A DNA stretch of 64,000 nt from the human T2T-CHM13v2.0 reference genome, Homo sapiens (GCF_009914755.1 NC_060944.1); one strand, 5' to 3'; positions 17,267 through 42,646 are shown, counted from the first letter of the stretch. Notes: generated by a model not told the origin, from the sequence alone. Numbers and translations are program-made.

Positions 17267-17594
17267 TGTCCAGCTCTGTCACCCAGGCTGGAGTGCAGTG
17301 GCAGAATCTCAGCTCTGCAACCTCCACGTTCCTGGTTCGAGCAATCCTCACACCTCAGCCTCCCCAGTAGCTGGGACTACAGGCGTTCACCACCACACCT
17401 GGCTTATGTTTTGTTTTTTGTTTTTGTTTTTTGTAGAGACGGGGGTCTCGCCATGTTGCCCAGGCTAGTCTGGAACTCCTGGGCTCAAGCAATCTGCCCA
17501 CCTCAGTCTCCCAAAGTGCTGGGACTACAGGCACGAGCCACCAAGCCCAGCCCCTTTAAGGTAAATGCTACCTGCTCACAGAATTTAAGGATTA

Positions 17595-17858
<264 letters not shown>

Positions 17859-17869
17859 CTATCTCAAAG

Positions 17870-17930
17870 TAAAATAAAATAAAATAAATAAAATAAAATA
17901 AAATAAAATAAAATAAAATAAAATAAAAAT
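17870..17930 (+). repeat. (TAAAA)n microsatellite
   Basis: About 12 perfect units in an Alu tail. Confidence 0.9.
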
Positions 17931-18462
17931 AGCCTCTGTGGTGCCTTGCCCATAGTACATGCTAAATAAATGGTGGCCATGACTAGAACCAAGTTATAAA
18001 CTCTTGGGCATGGGAAATCGACCGTTTTCATTTCTATATCCTTCTACTATAGTGATTGCAATCCTTTGTTTTTTTAAGCAGAACTTTTTTCTAAGTGGTT
18101 AAATTAAACAAAAAAAGAACTCCATGTCATCCCAGGTATCACCACCACCCACTCTCCCCGCCCCCAAACTTCTGAGAGCACCTTTTGAGAACTGTGGACT
18201 GACAGCAGCCGGCACAAATCCTGATGTTCAATAGGTGCTCCAGAAGTGTTTGTTGAATGACTAAATGATTGAATGAGTCCTGTTAGGAAACCAGAAGTGA
18301 GTATTTTTCTGAGCACTTCAGCTGATTTCACTCATGGTCACTCAACAATCACGTTTGGAGAAAAAAGATTATATTTCTGCTCAAAGGTGTGTTCATTTAA
18401 GGTGAGAAAACAAGGCACTGGGGCTTGGCAAAGAATGCCACAGGCCAGTGGTGAGATTATTA

Positions 18463-18838
<376 letters not shown>

Positions 18839-19398
18839 TCAACCCTTACAAGGGAGCCACTAATTAACTAGGCACAGTGCTAGGTGCATACATACATGTG
18901 ATCTTTGCTGAATTCCTTAGAGAGAGAGGAGGCTCTTCTCTTGGTTTTACAGGAGAAACCAAGGCTTACAGGTTGGGCACAGTGGCTCATGACTGTAATC
19001 TCAGCACTTTGGGAGGCTGAGGCAGGAGGACTGCTTGAGTCCAGAAGTTTGAGACCAGCCTGAGCAGTATAGGGAGACCCCCCATCTCTGCAAATAAATA
19101 AAAAATTAGCTGGGCATGGTAGCATGTGCCTGTAGTCTTAGCTACTCAGAAGACTGAGCTGAGTTGGGAGGATTGCTTGAGCCCAGGACGTCAAGGCTGC
19201 AGTGAGCTATGGGTGACAGAGCAAAACAAAATAAATAAATAAATAAATAAAGGAAAGAAAAAAAAGAAACCAAGGCTTGCAGATGTGACTTGCCCCAGGT
19301 CCCCAGGGCTGGTCAGTGGCAGCGCTGAGATCTGGACATCTGTGTGAAGGTTACTCACCTAATGCTCCTCTGTCTCCCTGGGTCCTTTTCTCTTCCAG

Positions 19399-19531
19399 GG
19401 GCAACTGGATTGGCGAGTCCCCGTACAAGATGGGAAAGCCGTGCTCCTCCTGTCCCCCCAGTTATCAAGGCAGCTGCAATAGCAACATGTGCTTCAAGGG
19501 GCTGAAATCCAACAAGTTCACGTGGTTCTGA
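19399..19531 (+). CDS. R3HDML: R3HDML exon 5 coding part, to stop
   Basis: Acceptor ttttctcttccag|; [43 protein letters not shown] (CAP hinge). Total CDS 261+119+133+116+133 = 762 nt. Confidence 0.96.
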
Positions 19532-19834
19532 ATTTTCTCTGGGCTTTGGTGCGCCTCCAGCTGGGCCTGACCCTCCATGTCCTGCCCTCAAAAAACTGGG
19601 TGGAGAAATAATTGTTTCTTTAAAGGATATGAGTTAGAATCACCCCCTGTTGAATTTTCCCTCCTAGATCCCCTTCTTAAATGTCCAACATGGGTCAAAA
19701 GAAAATGACCTCCTTGCCTTCCTTCTTTCCTAGTTGCATCTTTCTTTTCTTGGGCCTCTGGGAAAGAGCCCTGCATCTTTCATTAATTCGGTTCTCAGAG
19801 AACCAAGGCTGGAAGGCATAGAACTGGCACCTTG

Positions 19835-23190
<3,356 letters not shown>

Positions 23191-24339
23191 AAATCTAACG
23201 TTTGTTATCACTGTTGTTTTAGAAAAGAAAGGACATTTTAATGCAACCCATGCCCATCTGTAGGGGCTGAAGGTCCCTCTGAGGTGATTGATAAAGCTGA
23301 AAAAAGAGACTATGGGAAGAGAAGAGGAATATTATCAATTAGCTATTTTAGAAGCAGGGCAAACTATGAGCTAGGTATTCCTATAAGGAAATGAAATAAT
23401 TTACTAAAAAACATACAGCAAGAAAATAATAGAGCTGGAGTTTTCTGATTTTTCTGAGTCCAGAATTTGTTTCACTGTTCTCATTTCAGCTCTCTCTAAC
23501 AGGATGAATGACCTTGATTTCAGAATCCCCAAGCAGGTGGTGAGATCCAAAACTGAGACAAAAGAAACGGGGCTGTTCCAAAAAAAAAGCTAGGTGGCAG
23601 GTGTCTAACATGCCAGGGAGCTAAAACAGAGTGTGTGAGTTTCAGCAGCAGGTTGAATTTAGAATGGGGAAGGAGACCAGAGGAGACGCCAGACAGGATG
23701 ACTTTGTCCCATTGGCCTGGAGGCAGCCCCATGTTTCTCCACCCCTCATATCACTCACCAGTTTGTAATAGTATCTTTGAATGACGATCTGATTAAGGTC
23801 CGTCTCCTCCATTAGTCCACAAGTTTCGGGGGTACATCTACTTTGCTCATTTCCATATCCCCAGAGTCTAGCACAAGGCCTGGTACATAGTAGGTGCTCA
23901 ATAAATATGTTAGATGAAAGGAAGATAACACCTCTATGTACTAGCAGTGAGACTCCAGGCATGCAATTTCTCTCTGTCCTTCAGTCCCTTCATCTCAAGG
24001 TTTAATTTAAATATGGTAACGCCTGTATGCAACTCCCAGCATCCAGTAGGCACTCACTAAACACAGTTCTCCACCCTCCTTTTTTCCTCTGCCCCTCCCT
24101 CGGTTTTCCCACTACTTCCTGCATGGTGACACACCCATAGTTTGGAGCCATAAAACCCAACCCAGGTTGGACTCTCACCTCTCCAGCCCCTTCTGCTCCG
24201 GCCCTGTCCTCAAATTGGGGGGCTGATGTCCCCATACACCTGGCTCTGGGTTCCCCTAACCCCAGAGTGCAGGACTAGGACCCGAGTGGACCTCAGGTCT
24301 GGCCAGGTCGCCATTGCCATGGAGACAGCAACAGTCCCC

Positions 24340-24445
24340 AGCCGCGGGTTCCCTAAGTGACTGGTTACTCTTTAACGTATCCACCCACCTTGGGTGATTA
24401 GAAGAATCAATAAGATAACCGGGCGGTGGCAGCTGGCCGCACTCA
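24340..24445 (+). promoter_or_regulatory. HNF4A: HNF4A P2 (distal) core promoter
   Basis: HNF1 site GTTACTCTTTAAC 24364-24376, PDX1-type GATTA 24396-24400, ONECUT/HNF6 AATCAATA 24405-24412, GATA AGATAA 24413-24418, GC box GGGCGG 24421-24426. Bases at -192 (C), -181 (G), -169 (C), -146 (T), -136 (A) from ATG 24545 match the reference alleles of reported MODY1 P2 variants (recalled). Confidence 0.93.
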
Positions 24446-24544
24446 CCGCCTTCCTGGTGGACGGGCTCCTGGTGGCTGTGCTGCTGCTGTGAGCGGGCCC
24501 CTGCTCCTCCATGCCCCCAGCTCTCCGGCTGGGTGGGCTTGGCC

Positions 24545-24593
24545 ATGGTCAGCGTGAACGCGCCCCTCGGGGCTCCAGTGGAGAGTTCTTACG
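24545..24593 (+). CDS. HNF4A: HNF4A exon 1D coding part (N-terminus of P2 isoforms alpha7-9)
   Basis: gccATGG strong Kozak; MVSVNAPLGAPVESSY + G; donor G|gtaagt at 24594. 49 nt, phase 1. Confidence 0.97.
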
Positions 24594-27500
24594 GTAAGTG
24601 GGGCTGGGGGAAGACTGGACAGGGCGGGACTGCGGTCAGCTTTGGGAGGCCATGGGACACCTCCCCGTGTGTTTCTTACGGGCCCAAAGCTCCTCCTGGA
24701 GCTCCTCTGGAAGGGCAGGAAGCCCCACGGAGGCAATGTGACCGCTTCCCTAAGCTCTCAAGCCGGGGCATGGCCTGCTTGGTGCGAGAAGTGCTGGGAG
24801 GGGCCGAGAAGCCCTGGGGCAGAGGCTTGGCTCATTTTGTCTGTCCAGAGGCCTTCCTGGGAATGCATCTCAGGGGTCTTTCCAAAACCCCACAGAGGGT
24901 GGGGCTTGGAAGCACCGTCCTGTTTCGATGCGGGGCAAATTGAGGTCCACCAGGAGAGGCTTGCTGGGCCTAGGTCACGTTGCTGGTGCATTATCAAGCT
25001 GGGCGTGGGACCGGGCAGCTCGGTCGCTCCGCACCTCCGTTGGCTCTGGATAATGGGGAGGAGGTAGAAAGCGCCGCGCAGGGTGGAGCGTTGGAAAATG
25101 AGAATATCTTGTGCGGACGTGTGAAACTCAGATGCAGGGCTAGAAAGCATGTGTTACTGAGAGTGAAAGGCTCAGGCTCACTCCTTAGGGTGACCCCCAC
25201 ATTGGAAGCAACCCAATGTCCCTCAGCAGAGGGAAGACGGGTAAATAAAGCGTGAGACGTCTTTACAGTGGAATGCTATCCCATTGTTCAAGGAAACAAC
25301 GCACATCTGTGTGTGACAGGGAAGAACCTCTCAGTTAAATTAAGTGAAAACGGTACACTGAAGAACTGTGTAGTTGCTGATAGCGAAACGGATATAGATG
25401 TATATATGTACACACGCGTATACGTGTACATTCCACGCATAGAAAATTCGTGGAATGACACAATAAAATTGGTGACAGGTTTGTTTCTGAGGAGGGAAAT
25501 TCAAGAGAATGTTTTATCTTTTGGGGACACATTTTGGATTTTTTAAAAGTTGGGTGCCTTTTATAAACCTGTTCAAATCACACACCCGCACAGAACTTGG
25601 TCTCTGGAATCCAGCAGACCTCGGGGTCTAGTTGTGACTCTGTCACACGGCTCAACATTCACGTGCCTCTTGCTTTCTTTCTGAAGTGGAGACAGGACTA
25701 GGATGTGTCTTAAGATCATGGTGGATGCCGTGGGGAACAAGGATGTAAAGCCCTTGATACCACGTGCATTGCAAAGACACAATCAACATTTATGTCATCA
25801 ATTGCTGAGGACAGAGGGCCAGGGAATGACAGAATCAGGGCCTGATCTCCTGACTCTAGTCAGGAAGAATCTTCTTTGCTTTGACCCCCATCAAACAGGA
25901 ATATGTGATGCACTGGAAATGGCAGAGGCTGAAGAAACCAACAGCCTGGGAACCCATCCCACACACCAGCTGTGTGACCTTGGGCAAGACATTTCCCCTC
26001 TCTGAACCTATTTCCTCATCTGTAAAATGAAGATAACAACAGGACCTATCTCCCAGAGAGCGGGGAGATTAGAGGAGATAGCATAGAGGAGATTAAGGGT
26101 GAGGCCACCCTTAATCCACAATTTTAAGACCTGGAGTATAGATGCCAATGGATGACTTGGTTGAACCTGTGGCTAGGGGAAGACATTGTCTCTCAAAGGG
26201 GCCAGACAGCTTCTGGGGAAGGACAGCCCAGGTCATAAGGCTAAGCTAGGGGTGAACAGAAGGCCCCACAGTGTCTCTTAAAGGATGATACAATAATATA
26301 ACCTGACAGCCTTTCACTGTCTCCCACGTCTCTGCACCTTGTAGGATGTCCTCATGTCTCTTCATCTCTGCTCCTGTGTCATACTCATTATATAGCAAAC
26401 ATTCAGCAATTATTAGAATGGTTGCTTCTATCGACAGGTAGGTGGGTGAATGGATGGATGAATGGGTTAGTGAATGTTCTACTATTATCTCTCAGACAGC
26501 TGTTTCATTTTCCAAACGGCTGTCTGAGATAAATAATATTGTAATCTCCAAGGACAGAAGAAAAAACTAAGGTTCAAGATTAAAAAAAAAACACAAACAA
26601 ACAAAAAATGTCATCTGACTCGAGACTTGACACAATCCAGCTGTTGCTGGCCCTCTGCTCTAGGCCACAGATATGGCTGGACAGAGAAAGGAGAACTCCA
26701 GTGACCTTGCAGTACATCCACAAAAAATGAGCACTTTTGTCCTGGGGCAGTGGAACATTCACTGCAGTGTATGTGTGCCTATGTGTATGTGTGTGAGAGT
26801 GGCTGAAAGACCCTGATTTGATATTTTTGATAAAATACACCTGGGTTAGCATCCTAGATCTACCTTATTTAAAAAAAAAAAACAAAACAAAAAACTGTGT
26901 GGTCTTGTGAGTCAAATCATTACCCCTCTCTGAGCTTCACATGTTTTATCTGTAAAATGAGCTACTGAAGTCTGCTGGAAGGCTCCAGAAAAAAAAAAAA
27001 AAGAAAAGAAAAATTTGCTTTCTGAGAAAAGAAACAAGTGCTCCGAGGAAACAAAACCCCTCTCCCAGGCTGGGTGCAGTGGCTCACGCCTGTAATCCCA
27101 GCACTTTGGGAGGCTGAGGCGGGCAGATAACTTGAGATTAGGAGTTCGAGACCAGCCTGGCCAACATGGCAAAACCCCGTCTCTACTAAAAATACAAAAA
27201 CTAGCCGGGTATGATGGCACACGCCTGTAATTCCAGCTACTTGGGAGGCTGAGGCATGAGACTCACTTGAACCTGGGAGGTAGAGGTTGCATTAAGCTGA
27301 GATCATGCCACTGCCACTCCAGCTTGGGCAGCAGAACAAGACTCTATCTCAAAAAAAACAAAACAAAACAAAAAAACAAAAAACAAACAAAAAATCTTCT
27401 TCTGGGGTTCTCTAATGGGGATAACATTAATCATCTCCTAAGATGACTATAGTAGAGGTGCATTGGTGGGTCAGGGACATGGCACATAGCAGAGCCTCAG

Positions 27501-28321
27501 TTAGAGGCAGAGGAAGACATGGCTGTTGTGAGGATCAAATGGAAGGATCCATGAGTGCTTAGAACAGTCCTGGGTCCAGAGCAAGCACGCAAGAAATCCT
27601 CGTTGTGGTTTCATGTTTTTGAGCTTTAGCAGGATTCTAAAGAGCTGCTCTTTGGTGTGGTGATGCTGGGTGGACTTGGCCCTCCCTGGACTTCCGGTGC
27701 TTCCACGGCACACTGGTTTTGGCTTTGCGGTTCTCGTCATCGCTCTGATCAGATAGTTGCTGGTGTGAATTGTGGTGTCTGGCTGCCCCACCAGACTATA
27801 AACTCCGTGAGTTCTGGGACCTGGGTAGTTTGTTCAGCCTTGTTTGTCTCACTATGTCTCACATGGTGACTGGCACAGAAGAAATGCTCAATAAGCATTT
27901 GTTGGATGAGTGAAATGATGGGCTTAAAACAGCGCTACAATGATGATCATCAATGTCAGCCAGATCCCACTCTCTTGCCTTCCTTCCTCTCTGCCCTCCT
28001 CACTGCGTTGTCTTTGGTCCTTGTATTTGCCCCATTATAACCCAAACTGGCTGTCCCAGCTTCAGCTGTCATGTCTGCACTTACGTGTCTGAAGCTGGAG
28101 GCAGGAGGAGAAGAGGTTTTCCTCAGTGCCCTTGTTTCTTTTATCCAAAAGCAAAACTTCCCCAGAAACCTCCTGGCAGACTCCCCTAGTTCAAGGAAAG
28201 CTGGGAAGACAAGTATGTAGTGGAAAGAGATGGGAAAGCCAAGATGGACCTAGACCAGTGATTTTTCTCTTGGGGTGTGGCACACTCCTGCTCCAAACAG
28301 AACTGAGGCTCTGGTATAAAT

Positions 28322-28530
28322 GAGTTTCTCAGCCTCAGCACTGTTAACTTTCTGGCCTGGAAGATTCTCTGTGGTGAGGGGCTGTCCTGTGCACTGTAGG
28401 ATGTTAAGCAGCATCCCTGGCCTTTACTCCCCAGATGCCAGTAACATCTCTTCCCATCAGTTTTGCCAAAGAAAAAATGTCTCCAGAAAGCCAAATGTAC
28501 CCTGGGGCACATATAACCCCACTGTGTTAT
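28322..28530 (-). mobile_element. MER20 DNA transposon
   Basis: gggctgtcctgtgcactgtaggatgttaagcagcatccctggcctttactccccagatgccagt...aatgtctccaga is typical of MER20. Confidence 0.75.
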
Positions 28531-28904
28531 AGGAGAACAAGGTAGTTCTGGGGAGTGTCTACCACAATGGAGTAGAGTAGACTGTGACTCTTGTGTTGTT
28601 CTGCTTTGAGTGCCAGGATCTTGCTCAGTGCCAATCTGGTACTACCCTGAGTAACTCTGAGGATGAGATGCTAAACATGCATATCTGTGTGCTAACCTGA
28701 CTCCTGGCCTTATTACTTTTCTACCCTTATTTTCCCTTTAACAAGTTTCCCTTGGTTATTTATTTTGCTTCTTTGGTAGTTGCTCATTTCCGTAAGTACC
28801 TCGAATCTCCTTAAAGGAAAGGTCTGTATCTATCTCATTCTTTTTGTTATAGTCCAGCCTTCCACAGGGCCTGATCCCATGTAGACCTTGATTGAAGATT
28901 AATT

Positions 28905-29335
28905 AAGTGGATGAATGAATGGGAAGATGGATGGATGAATAAATGTATGTTTAGGTGGGTGGATAGGTGAATGGACTGATGAATGAATGTGATGTGATGA
29001 ATGGATGTGATAGATGGGTGGAGGGATGCATGAATGGAATAGAGGGAGAAATAGCTGGATGGATGAGACAAATGAATGAGTAACTGGGGAGATGGCTGGG
29101 TGGATAGATGGGTGGATGGATTAATAAAAAGATGTTATGGGTGGATGGTTGGGTGTGGAGGATGATGCATGGATGGGTAAGTAGATGGATGGAAAGATAT
29201 GTAGGTGCATGTGATAAATGGATGAATAAGTAGCTGGATAGATGGGTAGGTGGTTAGGGGAAGGATGGATGGACAAATGATGTGATGAGTGGGTTGATGA
29301 AAAGATGGATGAATGGATGGATAAGAAGGGGTGGG
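28905..29335 (+). repeat. Degenerate (TGGA)n simple repeat
   Basis: Recurrent gatg/ggat units over about 430 nt. Confidence 0.85.
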
Positions 29336-30257
29336 CTGAGGTAGCCTGGAATAGCAGCATCTTCAAGTGCTCTAAACAGGACAAGTGAAGAGATAGGGGA
29401 TGTCAACAATCTTCCATCAGGGCAATACTGTATATCTGTTTTTAAGTGCCAGGTGAGCCTAATTTTTCCTAGCTATGTAGGCCTAGTCCCTTTGACCAAT
29501 AGCATCAGCTTGAGGACAGATCAGAGGCCATTGTCGGAGACAGTTTGGTGATGTGGCTCTGCCCCTTGAAGCTCTATGATGATGGTGCTTTGCTTCACTT
29601 CTCTGGTCCTCAGTTTCTTCACCCATCAAATGAGCCTTGGTTGTTGTGAAGATTCCATGAGCTAATGAAAGAGAAAAGGTAATAGAAGCTATAACAAACA
29701 TGCCGTGTCCTTGTGAAGGGTGGATAGGCCCAAAATCGAGTAGGACCCCAGATGCTGGCTGGCTATGGGACCGTGTCCAATATCAGGCTATGGCTGTTCC
29801 CACCCTTCATTCTTAAAATATGGCCCCTCTCCAGCCCTTCCCCTATCTCCCCTCCCACATCACCTTCCCATCCTACGTCAATTCAGTCTTCAGCCCCTAT
29901 GATTCACAAACCTGGTTGCACATAGGAAACTTTTTAAAACAATTTTGGGGCTCCACTCCAGACCCAGTGAATCAGTCTCCTGGGGTGAGTTCCAAGAGTC
30001 TGTAATTTTTTGAGCTCCTTGTGTGACTTAGGGTATGCAGTTCAGTTGAGGTATGGAAACCATTGCCTTACTTTCTCCCATTTAGTAAACAGAGGAACTA
30101 AATATCCAGAGTGCATCTTGCCTCAACCCAGAAGCCTCCCGTATTCATTAATTCATTGTTCATTTGTTCATTTCTTCAACAATCTTCCACTGGAGGCTTA
30201 TGGTATTTAAGACATTTTGTAAGGCACTGGGGAAACACAGGAGGATAAAACTTTGCT

Positions 30258-38660
<8,403 letters not shown>

Positions 38661-38759
38661 GCTCTTTTCTTTGACCAAAAGGCTCTCACAGGCTCTGACT
38701 CTTGTCTGATGGTCTCTCGTCTTTCTCCCTTTGGTCACTGCAGTCAGCCACACTGGACT

Positions 38760-39068
38760 TTTGTTTTTTTTGTTTGTTTGTTTGTTTTGCGACGGAGTCT
38801 CACTCTTTCACCCAGGCTGGAGTGCGGTGGCGCGATCTCGGCTCACTGCAAGCTCCGCCTCCCGGGTTCACGCCATTCTCCCGCCTCAGCCCCCCCAAGT
38901 AGCTGGGACTACAGGCGCCCGCCACTGCGCCCGGCTAATTTTTTGTATTTTTAGTAGAGACGGGGTTTCACCGTGTTAGCCAGGATGGTCTCGATCTCCT
39001 GACCTTGTGACCTGCCCGCCTCGGCCTCCCGAAGTGCTGGGATTACAGGCGTGAGCCACAACGCCCAG
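38760..39068 (-). mobile_element. AluY (young, CpG-intact)
   Basis: AluY diagnostics (gatcgagaccatcctggctaacacgg, gagcttgcagtgag in reverse), many retained CpGs, TSD gccacactgg(a/c)cttttg. Confidence 0.88.
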
Positions 39069-39074
39069 CCACAC

Positions 39075-39470
39075 TGGCCTTTTGACAATCCTTCAATCAC
39101 GCCAAGCACACTCCTGCCATTGGGCCTTTGTACTTGCTGTTCTCTCTGCCAGGAATGCCTCTTCCCCAGATCTTTGCATAGCTGATTTCTTCTCATTGTC
39201 AGGGCCTTAGTTCAAATGTCCTCCACTCAGAGCAGCCTCCCTTGAACACCCAAATCTAAGCCTGCCCCACCTCCATCCCTTGATAGCAATTCCATTATCC
39301 TCTACAGCGCTGAAATTACGTATTCCTTGATCTGTTTATCATCTGTCTCCTTCACAGAAGTTCCATGACAGCAGGGAGTTAGGCTGTCTTGTCCCCTGCT
39401 GTATCCCCAGCATGTAGAACAGTGCTTGACACACAGTAGGCGCCCCATAAGTATTTGCGGAATGAGCAAA
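39075..39470 (+). mobile_element. L2 3' fragment
   Basis: gggcctttgtacttgctgttc...tgccaggaatgc...gtatccccagcatgtagaacagtgcttgacacacagtagg matches the L2 3' end. Confidence 0.7.
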
Positions 39471-40040
39471 TACAGATGGGGACAGCTGAGTCAGTAGGGT
39501 GAGCAGCTGGATGGGCCAGTAGTGGAGGGAGGAAACGGCAGCCTCTGCCTGGGCCTTGCCCTGGGTAAACAGACCTCTCTCTCCCCAGACAGCCACTGTT
39601 TGACGACTGTCTGCCATGGGCCTGGCTGAGCCTGGGCCGCCAAACTGCCAACGCCTCTGTATTCTCTGGGACAAGCAGTGGAGGCAGCCATACCTCCAGC
39701 AGAGTTTGTGAAGGAGCAGGTCAGAAAGTTGTCAAAACAGGCATGAGGAAGGGCAGAGGAGGTGGGGAGACAGGGAGAGAGCAGGCGGCCCTGCCCTGGG
39801 CAGAGCCAGAGAAACTGGAGGGAGGCCTGGGTGCTCCCCTGGGCAGCTTCCCAGGCAAACCCAGCTGCCTGCAGGGCTCAGCGCTGGGAGCAGGTTGTGG
39901 TCCCAGCTCTAGCCCTGACACACACAGGATCTCAGGTACTTGACATTTGTAGGCCTTAGCTTCCTTACTTGTAAGTTAGAGGCTATGGGCAGATTAGTGG
40001 CTTTCAAACAATTTTTTTTGTTGTTGCTTTTTGTTTTTGA

Positions 40041-40241
<201 letters not shown>

Positions 40242-41911
40242 TGAACACAGCAAGATTCTGTCTCTACAAAAAATACAAAAATTAGAGGCTGGGCCCGGTG
40301 GCTCACACCTGTAATCCCAGCACTTTGGGAGGTGGAGGTGGGCAGATCACTTGAGGTCAGGAATTCGAGATCAGCTTGGCCAACAGTGGGAAATCCCATC
40401 TCTACTAAAAATGCAAAAATTAGCCAGGCATGCTGGAGCACGCCTGTAATCCCAGCTACTTAGGAGGCTGGGGCAGGAGAATCTCTTGAACCCAGGAGGT
40501 GGAGATTGCCGTGAGCCAAGATCGCCACTGCACTCCAGCCTGGGCGACAGAGCAAGACCCTGTCAAAAAAATAAATTAAAGAAAATCCCAACTTTCACCT
40601 CCTTTAAAAAAAGTGAAGGTCTAGCAACACTGATACCTATGAGACAACAGTCTCCTGGAGCCACTTTAGATTCTCATGCTTCCTCTAATTTGCTGTAGTC
40701 CCCACTATTCCTTAGTGTCCCCATACGGAAACTTATTAATGAACATAAATCACCATGTTTGCTGTATTGTTTTTCTTAGAGGAACGTGTGAACTTTGCTC
40801 ACACCCTATCTGTTCCATTTATTTCAGTTACTTCTCTGGGTATTGAGGGCACTTGAGTGTGGGACCCCTGATCACTGAGACCAAAGCAGAGTTCATTTAT
40901 TTGCACGAGCAATCTTCTATTTCATAGATTTACCATGTTTTTAAGTGACTACAAGAAAAGTTTAAATTATGTCTGTGGCTCACATTCTATTTCTATTGGC
41001 CAGCACTGGCCGGGTCCCTCAGATTCTATAGCAGTGTACGTGTGCTTGCTGCTAACTCATTCTGCCTCCATTTTCCATTCTTGCGTAGACCAATCCCAGT
41101 CAAATCTCTTGGGCTGGTGTCTTCTCCCCACCCCACAGTTATCTTTGGTGCCTCCACCCTGGTTAGCTGGCCACCTGTCTGTCCAGAGGATCCAGGCTCC
41201 AGAACTCCAGGCATGTCTTCTAGAATTCTCCACATGGGAAATCTCACTCCCAGGCCCCATCTGGCAGCCATTGTGTTTTCTTTATCAGACATTCACATAA
41301 AACAATAGTCAATTTGAAAGCTAAATACACATCCATTCTTCTGTCTCCAGCCTGTAAATTTACCCCAAATCCAGTAATTTGGGAGGTGGAGTTGGTGGGA
41401 AGAGGTTTTTTTTTCCCCCTCTTCTCCAGGGCAAGTCATATAGTTTTTCTGGAGATGAGGTGGACTGAGTTTGGGGGAAGAACACAGGTCCATCTACAGT
41501 GAAAGCGCTGACTTTGTTTTTGGAGAAGATGGTGTCATGGCTTCTCTGGGGAGATGAGATGAGGGAATCCTGAAGACTTAGGGGGCCGGGAGGAAAAGGA
41601 ATCTTGGCAATGATGAAGACACCTTCAAATGAAGGGGCTAATAGGGTAGTGGCTGAGAATTTGTGCTGCAGTCGGGAGGGCTTGGGTTAGAGCTACATCC
41701 ACAGTATGACCTTGGACAGGTGACTTTATCTCTCTGATCCTCAGTCTCCTCATCTGTAAAATAAGGATAAGAATAGACTTGACTTCCACTTCAACGAGAA
41801 GTGAAACGAGATATCCTACCACTGCGCTTTGCACATAAAGGCTCTATAAATGTCAGCTGTCATCATAAAGAGCCAAAAGTGGCATTTGGAGTAAATCTGA
41901 TTTGTTTTTAA

Positions 41912-42154
<243 letters not shown>

Positions 42155-42490
42155 TGATCCTTCCAACTCAGCCTCCCAAAGCACTGGGATTACAGGTGTT
42201 AGCCACCACACCCAGCCTAGTTTAATTCTTTTTTAATCATCCTTCTCTGCATTTTTGTAATTCCTCTACCATGAACCTGCTTTAGTTAAGTAAGAAACAG
42301 TTAACTGGGGGAGGAGAAATAAAACCAAACCCCTAAAAAGCCCCTAATAAACCCCTAAACGTGGGGTCCAACATGAGGTGTTATGGCTGGGAAAAGGTAA
42401 GAGATCAAACTATACACACCCTTTTTTTTTTAAATTAAACTTTTTAGTTTTTTCAGAGACAGTCTTGCTCCATTGCCCAGGCTAGAATAA

Positions 42491-42646
<156 letters not shown>

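Larger units (their letters stand above)
24280..25130. promoter_or_regulatory. CpG-rich region around HNF4A P2/exon 1D
   Basis: Visibly higher CpG and GC content than the flanks; not computed. Confidence 0.6.

Noticed and set aside
24533-24943. 136-aa ORF containing MVSVNAPLGAPVESSY
   Set aside because: Only 24545-24593 is exonic; the rest runs through the GTAAGT donor into the intron.
28905-29335. Possible satellite or telomeric array
   Set aside because: Ordinary degenerate (TGGA)n simple repeat.
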